Shown here: positions 12,235-27,426 of the stretch, piece by piece | How the letters are laid out: each line of letters starts with the position of its first letter | How positions within the stretch are numbered: the stretch's first letter is position 1 | Source: Tubiluchus corallicola | Taxonomy: Eukaryota > Animalia > Priapulida | Length of the DNA: 64,000 nucleotides | NCBI GenBank assembly: GCA_030141605.1 | Contig: JAQGDQ010000038.1 | Coordinates: forward strand, 927,264 to 991,263 | Direction: 5' to 3' | The notes under the pieces: generated by a model | What the model saw: only the letters and a program-made list of their open reading frames with translations | Told to the model about the DNA's origin: nothing | The model's database searches: none | Translations under genes and position numbers: made by a program

Positions 12235-13151
12235 CTTTCTAGCACCAGTATATTGATTTACAAATAGACAGCAACAGATACCTGAATTTTTATCAGATCT
12301 CATTATAAGCAGTCGAGAACGACTATAAATGTACATAAAAGTGTACCCATCTTTGTATACTTGTCTTTGTACGCATGATTTGTGTGAAATTGGACTCTAG
12401 GTGGCTATTATTTCCTTAATAACATTTGTCACAGTAATCTAGTCTTCTGCCCTTGCCATTGCTGTAGGATTCTGACGTCATAGGAAGAGTTTTTGGCTGT
12501 GCTCGAGGTTAAAAATATATGCGTCCAGAAAAAAGTTCCTGAATCTATTCAAAAAGGATCTTTATAGCAGCATGTATAGATAAACAGTGAAAAAAATACT
12601 TTTCCTGAAATTTCTGTTTACTTTGAAAAGCAAAATATAGTTTTTCTATATATAGTGTGTATATATATATATATATATATATGCTACTAATGTTACACGA
12701 CCCCAAATTCTTTGTTGTCACTGCCCTGAATGCTTTGATATGGTCGTCAACCTTAAATTTGTGTAAGTGAATTGTAAAAATAAAAAATCATGAAGACTGA
12801 GTGGTTTTACCGGGGTTTATGCTTGTAATTACACGTAATGAATGATCGTCACAGTTGATAAAAAATTCATAGTTATCACAGCTAACAAATAAAATAAAAT
12901 CATAACAAATAAAAAATAGAAACTGCAGTTGTATTATTTTGCAAATACAAGATAAAAAATGTCGCATTGAAGGGAAACACATTCACTTCAGTTATTTTGA
13001 AGTGACTCATGATGTTTAGAGTAGAGCGAAGCCTGAGAAAGTTGAAAATATTATCAAGTCATAGTTTAAAATTTAAATTCAAAAATAATAGCAATAAAAA
13101 CAAACCTACCCTTTGATATTAGGAAGTACTCACTAAATTCGTATGAGAAGA

Positions 13152-13325
13152 GATGCATGGCCCAGTGGTTTCGGCGACATTCTTGGTGACCAAAATTGAG
13201 AAGGTCGCTGCCAGGCCAGTCAGTGAATAACGGGTGAACCACTTCGATACTCACTATGGGTGGTTTCATTTGCCTTGCTGATCACGGCTGTTTACCTCGC
13301 AGTGGTCAGTCGGTCATATCCTCAG
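13152..13325 (+). mobile_element. Possible SINE remnant with Pol III-like motifs
   Basis: A-box-like TGGCCCAGTGG, then CCAGGCCAGTCAGTGAATAACGGGTGAACC resembling the 5S rRNA internal control region; GC-rich island in AT-rich DNA. Confidence 0.3.
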
Positions 13326-14187
13326 TATTTTTACAACAAAATAAAACATTGGGAAACGGCCGAAAACATTAAACCCCAATAAGAACCATTTCTGTACACT
13401 CGTTAATTTTTCCCATGTTAGGGAAGTTTCAAATCCCCAATTCAACTATGTGTTACTTATTTAAGTGAAAATGATGAAATAAATTTGAATTCTGTATCGT
13501 CGTCTTCATTCTATTCTACACAAGTAAAATGAAAAAAACTGAAACTTTGTGTTTATGTATAGCAACAATTTTTTTCTTCTATTTTCATTAACCTTTATTG
13601 CTACGCAAAAAACAAAATATCTGTTCAGAGTCACCTTGAACTATCTGAATTAAGCACTGACTAAGTGACTATGCATTCATCTTATTCTGCGTTGTTTTAT
13701 CTCTTCTTGCCAGAGAATAGCTATAAAACCGTATCAAAGCTTTTAAATACGGATTATTATTAGGCAATAAATCTTAACCATCCTCTCCGCCCTGCACTTA
13801 ATGCTAAATAAGTAAAAATCCGGCTGATGGCATACATTTCAATTTAACTCCTCGGGTTCTATTTGTTGGGTTTAAAAACTGAACAATACAGGGTCGCCCA
13901 GAAAAAGCTTTCCTCAAATAAACTCGTAACACTTCATCTTGGCAGACGAGTTTGTAAAAGAAAATCATGTCATCGCCCAAGTTCATATTTTTGCAAAGTT
14001 ATAAATTTCTCTACAAAAGCAAAATTGTTGTTTGTGCGGGTTTTTGACCAACCGCTCGTACAAGAACACATTAGAAAAATCGTAGGTGCATAGAGGAGAG
14101 GGATTCCTGAGGGGGGGAGCGGGAGGGGAGTGCGTTGTTTCTGTAGGATCCTGACAGCTCGTGGATACAAGATTTTAGTAGTACCTA

Positions 14188-15937
<1,750 letters not shown>

Positions 15938-16761
15938 AAACACGTCGATAGAAATGTATGTTAAAGGGTCACTAATCGAAGGAGTGGATCACTGGTCAAA
16001 ATTTCACCTAAAAACACAAAGGAAAACAAAATAAAACTTCCTGACTATGCAAACGATCAATTGAAAAAATAATTTGAGACATTTTTGATTTCTGCTGAGA
16101 CACTATTATATTGCTGGCGGAATAAATTGTGAAGTTCTACATTACTTGTCAGTACCTGAATAGACCAAAAAATGATTAAATTTCTCGACGGGTCTATCCT
16201 GTTGTATCTAACTAGGAAATACTCACTGAAAAACAATGCAGCTCCATTTTCGAAATAAGAATGATCTGATCTATGGGAACCTAATAACTGGCTATTCTTC
16301 ACTAGCTAACCACGCAAAAGGCAACAAACTGCTAGAGCCAAGATGCTACCGCAAGAAGAAAAAAATAAGAACGCACACCGAAATTTGTTTTTATAAGAAC
16401 GGTAGACTTGCACGAAATATTGCTGCGGCTACTTTCGCTGATAGGCACTTATTAAGATCAGACTGTATGAGAAAGCTAGAATTTGGATAGTGCCATCATA
16501 CTATCTTGTGATTTTGATTTGAGTAAAGAAAAGTGACTTCAAATATTCAGCGAGCTCAAGTAAAATAGTAAACGAAAATAATAACTTTTTATAATAGCCA
16601 GGGTAGCTACAAAAATCGCAAAATTATAAAGTCAGATAACAAAACCACAAACAGGCCAGTCAAATTGCGGCCGCTTCGTGAACAAATTGCAAGAAATATA
16701 TCTCCACTTAGTATTATACACTAAGTATAGTACTAGTATATTCCACCTAGTACAGAAAAAC

Positions 16762-17184
16762 ATGCTGATTAAAAACAATCTGATGGAAAATCTCAAAACT
16801 CAGACAGCCATTACTAAACTGCTGCATCACAGTCAAGTTGGTCGTGTGATAGGCAGACATGGATCATTCATAAACTGTTTAAGGGCAAAATACATCTATG
16901 ATATTTCAGCTGGAAAGAGTGCTAATAAAGATGGACAGTGCAGTATACTGATCAAGGGTTCTGCAGAAGCATATTGTTTGTGTGCAGAGAAAATTAGTAG
17001 TCACTTATCTGGTACTGAAAACAGTAAAGGTACATCACGATCAACAGTAAGCCGGACATTTACAACATGTGAATCTGGTAAAGAGACAGTTGTTCAAAAT
17101 AGCAAAGATAACTTGTCTACTAAAGAGGTTTTATCTGCTGATAATCTTTTACCTGTAAATAGAGGTGATAATAACATTTGCTAG
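16762..17184 (+). CDS. KH (type I) RNA-binding domain ORF at the 5' side of the LINE; probably part of the element and no longer functional
   Basis: ITKLLHHSQVGRVIGRHGSFINCLRAKYIYDISA...CSILIKGSAEAYCLCAEKI matches the KH pattern (VGxVIGxxGxxI, then I-x-I-x-G and a terminal helix), followed by an S/T/E-rich linker. Confidence 0.7.
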   Translation: MLIKNNLMENLKTQTAITKLLHHSQVGRVIGRHGSFINCLRAKYIYDISAGKSANKDGQCSILIKGSAEAYCLCAEKISSHLSGTENSKGTSRSTVSRTFTTCESGKETVVQNSKDNLSTKEVLSADNLLPVNRGDNNIC

Positions 17185-19440
17185 AATGAAACAATGCAAG
17201 GAGATATAAAGATAATACAGCTACTGTTTTTGAGAATTTATCGGTTTTTATGCAAATACAAGAAGTCTTGTCAATAGGCTCTCTGGACTGGTAATTATGA
17301 GGTGTACGCATTCATTTAAACATGGCTAACTCCAAAAATTAAGAATGGAATGTTGTTAAATGGTTTTAATTTCAAAGTTTACCGTAAAGACAGAGACACT
17401 CGTGGTGAGGGTGTTGCTTTGTTTTTTAATTCCAGTTTGAAAGTGTCACCTGTTAAAATACCTGATATGTTTAGTAATATTGAAATTCTAGCTATAAATG
17501 TACTTGGCGATCGAGTTTTTAGATTAGTTGTTGTCTATCGATCACCCAGTTGTGATATAAATCAGTCTTTTAGTCTCTTTAAATGTATGGAATTCTTAGC
17601 TAATAGTAAATTCCCATTGTTTTGGGTACCCATTGGGCTCTAGGTTATACCAAGCATTTTGTGACTTAATTTTGCAACAAGGACTAGATCAACTTGTAAA
17701 TTTACCAACTAGGATAGATCCTTGCTCTGATCATGCATCCTTTTTAGATCATCTTCTTTCTACTGATGAAGCATTTGTACTGAATGCTCAAGTTACTGAA
17801 CCATTTCTAACAACTAATCATGCAGCTATAACATTCAAATGCCAGGGTCCAGGACTGATATTTGGTAACGACTTACCACTTAAGCGAGACTATGGTAAAG
17901 CAGATTGGGATAGCTTAACATGTGAGCTTGGTGCAGTGAACTTCTTTTTTACTACTGCTAATGTAGAAGATGTCTGCTAATGTAGAAGAAGTTTTATCGC
18001 ATTTTAAATGATAGTTTTGCAACCACGTACCTTTCAAACGTATCAAAACTAAGCACTCCAAAATCAAACTTCCTCTTTATATCAGCAGGATTATTAAGAA
18101 AAAAGGCTTTTATACCATACAGAAATACTTCTGAATTGACCAAACGAGAGTACAACAGTGCTAATAATGCATTTAAAAAAACAATCTAGAATATTAAAAA
18201 TACCCAACGAAAGGAAAATTTTTGAAGATCCTGATAAAAGCAAATTTTTCAATTTTCTATGCAAGCAACTCTGCAATGATAATGGTGTATCTCCTTTGTG
18301 CAACTCTGATGGGCAATTATTTACTGATGATGTCTCTAAGGCAAATGTTTTAAACACTTGTTTTGCTCTAAATGTTACTTTAGATAATGGTCAGGTACCT
18401 CATATAGATGACAAAATTGGTGAAGGGATTGACTTTGTCAGCTGCCCAATGAAAATAAGAAAAGAGCTTCCAGCTATAATATTTAAGAAACTTGTAAATG
18501 TTCTTTGCTTGCCGTTATCCTTCATATTTGAAATGTCGTTTATGGAGGGTGTTGTTCCAGTTATTTGGAAAAGTGCTGATGTAAATCCCATTTATAAAAA
18601 AGGTGAAAGCTGCGATCCAAACAATTACAGACCGGTGTCCTTAACATGTGTATCTTGTAAACTTATGGAATCAGTTATCTATGAAAGTGTTACAGAATAC
18701 TTAAGATTTAAAAATTTGTTGACTCGGGAACAATGTGGTTTTCTCTCATGTAGATCAACATGTACTCAATTATAAGAAAGTTTGTATGATTGGCATCTTG
18801 CCTTGGATCTGGATACCAATGTAGATGTTGTATTAAGTGACTTTACGAAGGCTTTTGATACGGTTAGCCATCCAAAACTCTTGATCAAACTTAAATCTCT
18901 AGGCATTCATGGATACCTACTGAATTGGTTTACCTGTTAAATAGGACCCAGCGAGTTGTTATTGGTAGTTCTTTTTCAAACTATGTGCCTGTAAGATCAG
19001 GAGTTCCACAGGGCAGTGTACTCGGGCCTCTGTTATTTTTATTATTCATAAATTATCTGCCAGATAATGTAGGACTGGTAACACTAAAATTATTTGCTGA
19101 TGATGCTAAACTGTATCAATGCCTTATGAATGATGGTATTTCTGATATCCAGTCAGCTCTTGACAAAATCAAAACATGAGCAGACCTATGACAGCTGACC
19201 ATAGCTATACCTAAATGTAACACATTGCATATTGGAAGTATATGTAAGACAAATTTTCATGATTTTTTTTCAAATCGTGTTGTTCCAATATGGAACTCAT
19301 TGCCTGCTTCTGTAAATAGTTCGCCATTAGTTACTGCTGGAAATATTAAGTTAGTTCGTAAAAACTTGAACATGCTGATTTAACAAGGTTTCTTAAATCG
19401 ATAGACACATGTAAGTAGCTTTGCCCTGTGTGTCCTCCTG
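16762..19440 (+). mobile_element. Decayed CR1-clade non-LTR retrotransposon (APE endonuclease + reverse transcriptase) with stops, frameshifts and internal deletions
   Basis: APE motifs YANTRSLVN (17249), *TWL, VYRKDRDTRGEGV, VVYRSP, QLVNLPTR, LDHL, TNH; then DYGKADW; RT motifs WKSADVNPIYKKG, NYRPVSLT, DFTKAFDTVSH, SGVPQGSVLGPLLF, LFADDAK; C-terminal FFSNRVVPIWNSLP (about 19265-19305). The 5' boundary is uncertain. Confidence 0.93.
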
Positions 19441-22400
19441 CACATCTTAATAAGTGCTAATTATGTAATATGCAAGTAATTGTATTGTATTTTTATTTTT
19501 TTAATGAATGTGATTTTATGTATTATGTATAAAAAAATGTCCGCGATTGCCAAAAAGAGTTTTGTGCTGGAACTGAGTATTAGAATGCCTAAACGTGGTC
19601 AAGGTTGTATCCACAATTCCACTCCCATGCTTTTAAGGCCAGAACATGTGACGTGCATCTTTTTGTGCAGGTAATATTTTCACAATGATCAGTACCACCA
19701 TTTTCAAGCGTATTTTTACTAGCTACAGGAATCATAATAAAGAACAACATAATTTTTTAAAGAAGCTTACCAATCCTCATTTACATTAGTTAGCGCATGT
19801 CTACATTACTGACTAATTATTAAAAGCATTTTTAAGTTTTGTGATTTCTTTATTATTTTAGAACTATAATATTATATCAAGATTAAGATAATATTATATT
19901 AAGATTAAAGAAATCAAAGAAATTAGTATTTGGTACTAATATCAGTAGTTCTTATCATCTGTATTGAGTCAGATTCAACATGTAAGACCTATGAAATCCA
20001 TACGGACCTGTCTTTTGTTAGCAAAGATGCAAACCATTTTCATGTTTGTGTCATTCAAGCTCTTTTAAATATTGTCCAGTACATGTTGTGCGTGCGTAAA
20101 TTATTCAGATTTTGCCCCAGTCCCTATACTGATTATTGGACTGTAAATTATATATACTAGGCCAAGCTACAATGAAAACATGTTGATAATACTATTTGAC
20201 TATTGATGCAGATATATGAATACAGTCCTGTACACCTGATAGAATATGTTCTGATATCAAATATTTTATCAAAGATATCATCTGATATCAAAGATTTTTT
20301 CCAAATTCTTGACAAATACAGATAACATGACAATGAAAACGTGCGTTGGTGACTTTCTTTTTCCTGTTAAAACATTATTCCGTACACCTTAGTGGTTATT
20401 TTGCTTACTTTTATGTTTAAAGCATTAAATTATTTTAAAGCATTTTGCAGTTAAAATTTGTTAAACAGCCTACAGGTTAGATTAGGTAGCATGGCATTTA
20501 ACGGTGACACAAATATTCTCATCACAATCTATGATATTAAAAGCATGGGATTGGATATAGCCATAGTCACATTTAAACATTTTACTACTTAGTTACAACG
20601 CGCGAAACCATTTCTTGCTAATGGCCGATTTTCATTTTTAGCTTTCTGAAATGTTATATGTTAGAAATATCACCGTTGTTTTATTTGACCTTAAAATAGG
20701 TGTACACCCAATTTAGCCTTTTTAGACACGTTTTGCAGCGTTATGGCAAAATTCCCATTTTTGGAAATCGCCGACAGTTCTTTTTTGGAGTTTCGAGGGT
20801 TTTCCATCAACTTTTGTGCGATAGATTTTTAGTTTGTTAATCTGCATGTTTTTCTGTTCTAGGTACAAGCGAAAATAATTTTTATGCAATTTGCTCGCGT
20901 GACGGCCCAAAAATGATCTAGATTGACTGGATTATGAATAAGGTTGCCATCAGGCGACTGCATTCTTTTCCACAACATCCTTCCGTCTCCGTTCTCTGAT
21001 TACTGCCGAAATGTCAGGTGTGAACCAGGAAAAAGGCGTCGTTAAATAGTAAACCGTTTTAAAAATAGTTTTTTCACAAACGCGAATTTCATTAAAAACT
21101 TGTGAACTGAGATATGTCATTCTTGCTTGGGCAATCATGGGAATCGCTTTTTGACAGAGTTCAGTTAATTTTTTGACACGTTTTAGTGTTTCACACGAAC
21201 AGACGAATTAAATTCACCTGATTTAACATTTAGCTAATTATTGCGAACAGACAAGCTTATCTGTACTGGTTGTCCATAGACACCGACTTTGTCATCGCAC
21301 ACGCATCACAAAGATTCTTTCATCGCACACGTATATTATAGTGACATGATCTTACTCATTAGATTTGTGATATTTTTATTCACTTATACAAGTTGCCTAG
21401 AAATTAATTAGCATTTGACTGCAACTGTAACGTATTTTCAGGTACGCATAAAGTTTTTTCATTTGTAAATCCACCATTAGTTAGTCAAGTATTAAAATTC
21501 TCTTCATGAATGTGCAAATGGGTTCCCACTTATAAATGCCACTTCTGATAAACTGTGTAGTCAAGGATTAATGAAAATTCATTTTTTCCACCCGTAAATG
21601 CCAACATGTAATAAAGTATTGTGTCAATGATTAACGAAAATTCATTTTTCTGCGTATCTATATTTTTTTAGACACGTGCATGTGGTAATGTTACTCTTTG
21701 TGTTTCTCCCGTATCTTGTTTATTCTTGTACAGATGAAATTTTTAATGCGTTTGATATTTAACATGTCATAATTTAAATGTTTTATTCGTCTTCCGTGTG
21801 CTTAATGATAGGCATGTAGTAAATTATCCCATTTGTGTATGTGATGTACATATAACTTTTATTATGTTCAGTGAAGTAAGTAACTAACTACATTTTTCCT
21901 TTTTCTTTGTAATTAATTTTATCATACACATGGATATTTGAATAAATATAATTATATGCAATAAACAAATGGCCCATTATCTGCACCTTCGTTACTTTTG
22001 CTTAGGATCTTAGTTACTTTTTGCGTCTGTTTAAATTTTCACTACTAATCATCTGTACTTTCAACTTTCACTGTATCGCATACTATATAAACATACACCC
22101 AGTAATAGCCTATGTACTAGTAGTAGCTGTGCACGTTAATCTATGTGGAGCAGTACGGCATCATCTAAAGCTGTACTAACTAGGAGGTATTTACTGTTGT
22201 TACAGTTACTATTACCCATCTAGAGAAGTAAATTTCATTAAAAAAGGCTAAATGATTTAGGCCACTTAGATACATTAAATAGTATACAAGCGTACATGGA
22301 TGCCGTATAAGCCTAGCTAAATGAAATTGACAATCTTATAAGTGCATGTCATCTAATGTGACTCTTACATACACAGTAGTGATCGTTTAAATGATTTTAA

Positions 22401-22541
22401 AGGCAAAACAACTGTAGACTTCTAAGAAAGAAATGTAGTTAAAGGAGTAGTACACACTTTTGATGACAGTGTTTGTAGTTTAATTTCTACTCATAATTTT
22501 CTTAGGTAATTTGATTAATAGTAAAATTTATTTACTTACAG

Positions 22542-23620
22542 AACAATGTGAATTGGACTCGCGTCGCTGGCGACTGTCAAATCTGATAATAGTCATTAGT
22601 ATTTTCTGTATTATAATTTCATTTTTTCGCACAGTCATTGATGAGGACGTTGACTTACTAAACGGAGTGAACAACTGGCAGACAGTTCACAAAATGAACG
22701 CTATAACTAGCAGTAAACCTGCTTCAAGAACAGGCGAATTGGGAAAAATGTGCAGGGACATTCTCACTGATGGAAAAGTACCTTACATTGCTTTTATCAA
22801 TAAAGGCTATATCAACATAACTTTAAGCTGGCTGTGCAACACCCTTAGCATGAATTTGCACGATCAGATCGTCATTGTTGCAACTGATGACGTCACGCAC
22901 GCAACTTTGCGTCACCTTTGGCCGAAAGTGAAAATTCATCATCACATAACTCGCCAAAGGCTAAAAATGAAGTATGAGTATAACACACCTGGATATAGGT
23001 TCATTATTCTTGAGCGAACACAACTCTTTCTGAAACTCCTGGAAGAAGATATTTCTTTTCACATCTTCGAAACTGACGCCGTTTGGTTGAAAGACCCGAG
23101 ACCACTGCTATACCGTTATCGTGATTCTGACTTTATTGGTTCTCTTGTTTCACACAAGTTAACTAATTATAATATATCTGTGAATTTTATGTTCGTAAAT
23201 GCTACTAATAATGCCAAAGCAACTTGGGCGAAAATGGTGCAGTCCGTTGAAGAGGATTTTAGACACATGTACGAACAGAATGTCCTGGATGATTTATGTA
23301 AAGCAAAATATGCAGATGCCAATTGCGATTTTTATCCTTTTGATAAAGTTGCTGATGGTTTGGTTTACAAGGTGCAAAAAGCAAAAGATTTTGCACCTGA
23401 CCCTTACGTAATTAACATCAATTGGGTAAAAGGTGTTGACGAAAAAGAGGCTTTGGCTAAAAGGCATCATCACTGGTTCTTGCATGCAGATGGCAGCACA
23501 TGCGTGTCAAATGATTTGACAGCGTACAGCAAAAAGAAGGATTTCAGACCTTACAGACAAGGACATTCTCGACTAAACAGAGAGAAAAACAGTCATTCGT
23601 CTGAAATAGCAACTAATTAG
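22542..23620 (+). CDS. Nucleotide-diphospho-sugar transferase family (PF03407 / GT77-like) type II membrane glycosyltransferase, main coding exon
   Basis: About 360-codon open frame; N-terminal signal anchor (LIIVISIFCIIISFF); motifs SWLCN, VATD, FETDAVWLKDP (ExD variant of DxD), EQNVL, NWVKG..EK...HHWFL. Acceptor tttacttacag ends at 22541; start codon not located. Confidence 0.85.
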
Positions 23621-26186
23621 TAATGACTATGGCTGAGGTTGATTGGTACATTGCCTTGGATATTAGTCAAATTATTTACTTTGATAGCGAAACGAATCTT
23701 AAAATACAAGAAAGGGTTACCTAGAGTAGGTTTCAGAAAAATCGCCTTGAAAAATTATATTACATATATTAGTTCAATTTTATACGTATATTGTACTCGC
23801 GTTGATAGGATTTTTGTTTGTTTTCATTTGAAACTTCCCGCCACACTACCGACGGCGCCATTACTTGCCGTTGCTTACGCAAATGTAAATCAGGGGAAGA
23901 AAAGTACATGTCAAACTATGTCCCAAAAAATTTTCCGTGGAAAATTATATAACTTAACATTTCGCTTACCTGATAGAAAGACTTATATAAATAGAAAAGA
24001 AAATTATTAATTATTTAAAATGCTTTCACAAATTGGTATAATATCGCTGATACACCCACTATGGAGCAGCGCTCACTAACCTAAAACGTATTTTTAATTT
24101 TATTGACAAGATACAGTAATTTTAAATTTTACTTAGTAGTGACGTGTGCGCTACGAATGGTCTGATTATTTTTTTGAACTTTACAGAATGTTATCTAAAC
24201 TTGTTTCAAAATGGCTGCGTCTAAAGGTAATCGCGGGAGTTTAAATTTACATGTTTTATACAGCGTTATTGCCAACGCAAGTCTAATATGCAAAAAGGCA
24301 GTATGTAAGTTGTAAAAAAATTCAAGACAAATTTTTTAAGCTTTATGTAAGTTGAGGGTTTTCTTGTGCTTTAAAGTGATTCAACAAACTGGGCGTAATC
24401 ATGAGCGAGATTAATACTAGTCTTTTGACCAAACCAAATTGAATGACATTTGAGAGCCAAATCCGCGAGCGGAACGCTGTGACATTGTTTACACCTAACC
24501 ATTTAAGTTACAAGGCCTTTGCCCTAATATTCACATTTTAGCTCGTGTCTCGGACCTTTAAACAATTCTAAATTTTTTATCTGCACTATTATCTGAGCCC
24601 TTCTCCAGTTCTCACCTCAATAAGTTTCGTGACTCTGGTTACTATAGTTTTAGAGTTAGTCAATGTTATGCCTTTTGGCTCCTATCACGGGCCCCCTCAA
24701 AAACCCAGGTACACATCTACTTTACAATATCTAAATACTTATTGTGACGGGAACACAAAAATAATTACCATCATAGCATGTGGTGTTCTCATAAATCTTA
24801 ATTTCTGCATATAAAAAATTGAAATAATAAATCTGACTGCTTTCACTGGTTATAAATATATAATTATCTAATTACGATAATTTTAAGATAAAAAATAAAT
24901 ATTACTCACATAATGCGGCTGTAACAACTTAATAACATCCTGGGAACGTCATACGTTGATTTAGGTATATGAGGTAGAAACGCCATAAATAATTACTTTA
25001 GGTACTTCTACCTATAGGTTAAGGCCAGAAACTGACCTTACCACTTACAGTACATTGAACTTAACCCAAACTCTACAAGAAATTAAGTGGTTATCGAAAA
25101 ACTTACTGATGACCTGTGCCCCTGACCCTTCATTAGAGGTCAGCATTCAATGGACAACTTTCAAGGCTCCTAGCATCCAAGTTTCGTGACTAGAGCCCAC
25201 TGCGTTTACGAGTTAAAATGAATTAAAAAGTTGAAAATTAGATGCCTAACATAAAGATGGAAAATCAGCGATGGGTTCTCCAGGATCCGCGACGCTAGCG
25301 TTTGCTGGAAAAATTGAATTGTGTACATGGGCGCCCGCTGGAGGGACAGATTGTTTGCCCCCTTCATTGGATCAAGCCTTGTAACCCTAACTGGAAGTGG
25401 GAACTTTTTAATTAATTCCCTAAGGAGTGGGGTGATTCGGAAGTTTCTATTCTCTGCCTCACTCATAGTATGGTAAATTACCTAATATAAGTTATTGTCA
25501 CTCTGGCTTAAGAGGCCAAGCCCGGAGGTCAAGCGGTCAACACGAATAGTGACAGCTTAGGGCGAATCACTGTTAAGCTCTTTAAGTTGTTTAATTTGTG
25601 TGCAATGTAGACAAACAGTCTCGGTGTTTTCAAATCCACGCAATAGGTAGCAGCACTATGCAGCAGGATCTCCTCGAAATGAAGGCTGTGCTTGTCGATG
25701 AAAACTTGTGATTCAAAACGACAAGGTTTAGGTCGAGGTTTAGTTTAGAAGATTACTAAAATCAGAGTCACGTGATGCAACTCCAACTACGGATTTTGTG
25801 TTCGTGAGAGTGAGAGAGATAATTCAAGTGGTGGAGTTGAATAACTTCAAAGTTAGGATGCATTCTTTTTAGACACGGTTTTAAATATCAGTTGGTTTTT
25901 GGCGGCGTTAGAGTCTATTGACAAAAGGTCATTAAACTGATTTTCAGCTCATGAACATAATTTACAAAACTCTAATAAATGTTTATATATACTCGACTTT
26001 TAAAATATTTAATGCAAACATCGATTTTTTTTTTGCTTATTATTCGTTATCCTTTTTTATTATTTGAGAAATTAATTGGTGAAGGAAAAAACGAATTCTG
26101 AAAATAAAAGTAACAGCTAGCACGCAGTTAAGCAAAGAAATGGCTTTTATTCTGCAACATTTCGACACAGTTAAGGTTATATTCGC

Positions 26187-26282
<96 letters not shown>

Positions 26283-26335
26283 GATCATCATCATCATCAT
26301 CATCATCATCAACATCATCATCATTATTATTATTA
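26187..26335. repeat. (ATT)n(ATC)n microsatellite
   Basis: Direct reading. Confidence 0.97.
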
Positions 26336-27229
26336 ACGCTTTATTTATAGTGGCAACGATTAACTTTACAGTTATTCACAGAATTATCCACAATGATAAA
26401 ATAAAAAATAAAATGAAAACTAAATCGTGCATTTTGTGAATTTCTTGCACTTTACCTTTATGGTATACTCTGTATTATATATTCATTCCCTTCATTCCGT
26501 TGGCTTGACCACTAAATTATACAGTATACATGTGTAGTGTAATATATCAGCCTTTAATAAGACTAAATGCCAGTGTACACTCCGCCTTCATAATGAGTTT
26601 AAAAATGGCTCTAGTAATATACTCTTTAATACTGCAGCGAAATCTGCTGCGATAGTAATAGGGTACGTGCGGCGTCATTTATTAACAACGAGATACAATG
26701 AATTCTGCAGTTGCAAATTCGCGAGCATCACCGTGTTTTATCACTTGACTGTACCTGGTCCAGTGTGGTTTACTCATGTCAAAAAATGCAGATTATTAGC
26801 GCATTTCTACGCATAACAGTATCTACGGTGACATCTAACTTGCTTGACTGATTATCACTTAACTATGCCTGGTCTAATGGGATTTACTCATGTGTGATTG
26901 TACAATTTATTTTAACTTTTGCTCATACATATGTTGTCCTCTATCTCAGGCCCTTAAAAATCTAGTTTCTAACCTCCACATTGTCTGAGGCGCCACACAG
27001 GTTCTATCCTGCGCCCTGCATGTTTTTCATCACTCTAGCTTTCTGCGTTTGAGAGTTAACTTTAGTAATTAACACTCGATACGTAACATAATGATGAAAT
27101 CAGCGCATGGATTCTCTATGACACGCGCATAAGGATGGGATTCCTAAGTAACAGCTAGCACCATACACAACAATTTACCTGTCTTGCCACCGGTACTTTT
27201 GTTCAGAAACCAGAAACTCTAAGTGCATC

Positions 27230-27241
27230 TGCGCATGCGTC
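27230..27241. promoter_or_regulatory. NRF1/EWG-like motif about 190 bp upstream of the GPCR ATG
   Basis: TGCGCATGCGTC is close to consensus YGCGCAYGCGCR; motif match only. Confidence 0.25.
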
Positions 27242-27426
27242 AATGAATTTAGCTAGCAGCATGTCACTGCTAAGCGTGTAACAGTAATACCCATCGTCTT
27301 GGCGGAAAAGATTAAAATGTTTTATCTTATTTTGCAAGCCAAGCCAAAATTAAATATCATGGCATCACATCGCTAGTTATATTAGTGAAAATTATTAAAT
27401 GTGAAAAAGAAACGACACTTGTTAAA

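Noticed and set aside
12232-12267. Stop-codon readthrough at TGA-CTT
   Set aside because: Only partly matches the TGA-CTAG context and would mask the PDZ motif; no evidence.
12473-12480. Perfect CRE palindrome TGACGTCA
   Set aside because: One 8-mer is expected by chance in 64 kb, and it lies in the probable 3' UTR.
13888-13910. TACAGGGTCGCCCAGAAAAA resembling a Tc1/mariner TIR
   Set aside because: No matching inverted partner found.
21400-21447. cag|gtacgc donor as the start exon of the glycosyltransferase
   Set aside because: The required frame meets TAA (21405-07) before any ATG; at most a non-coding exon.
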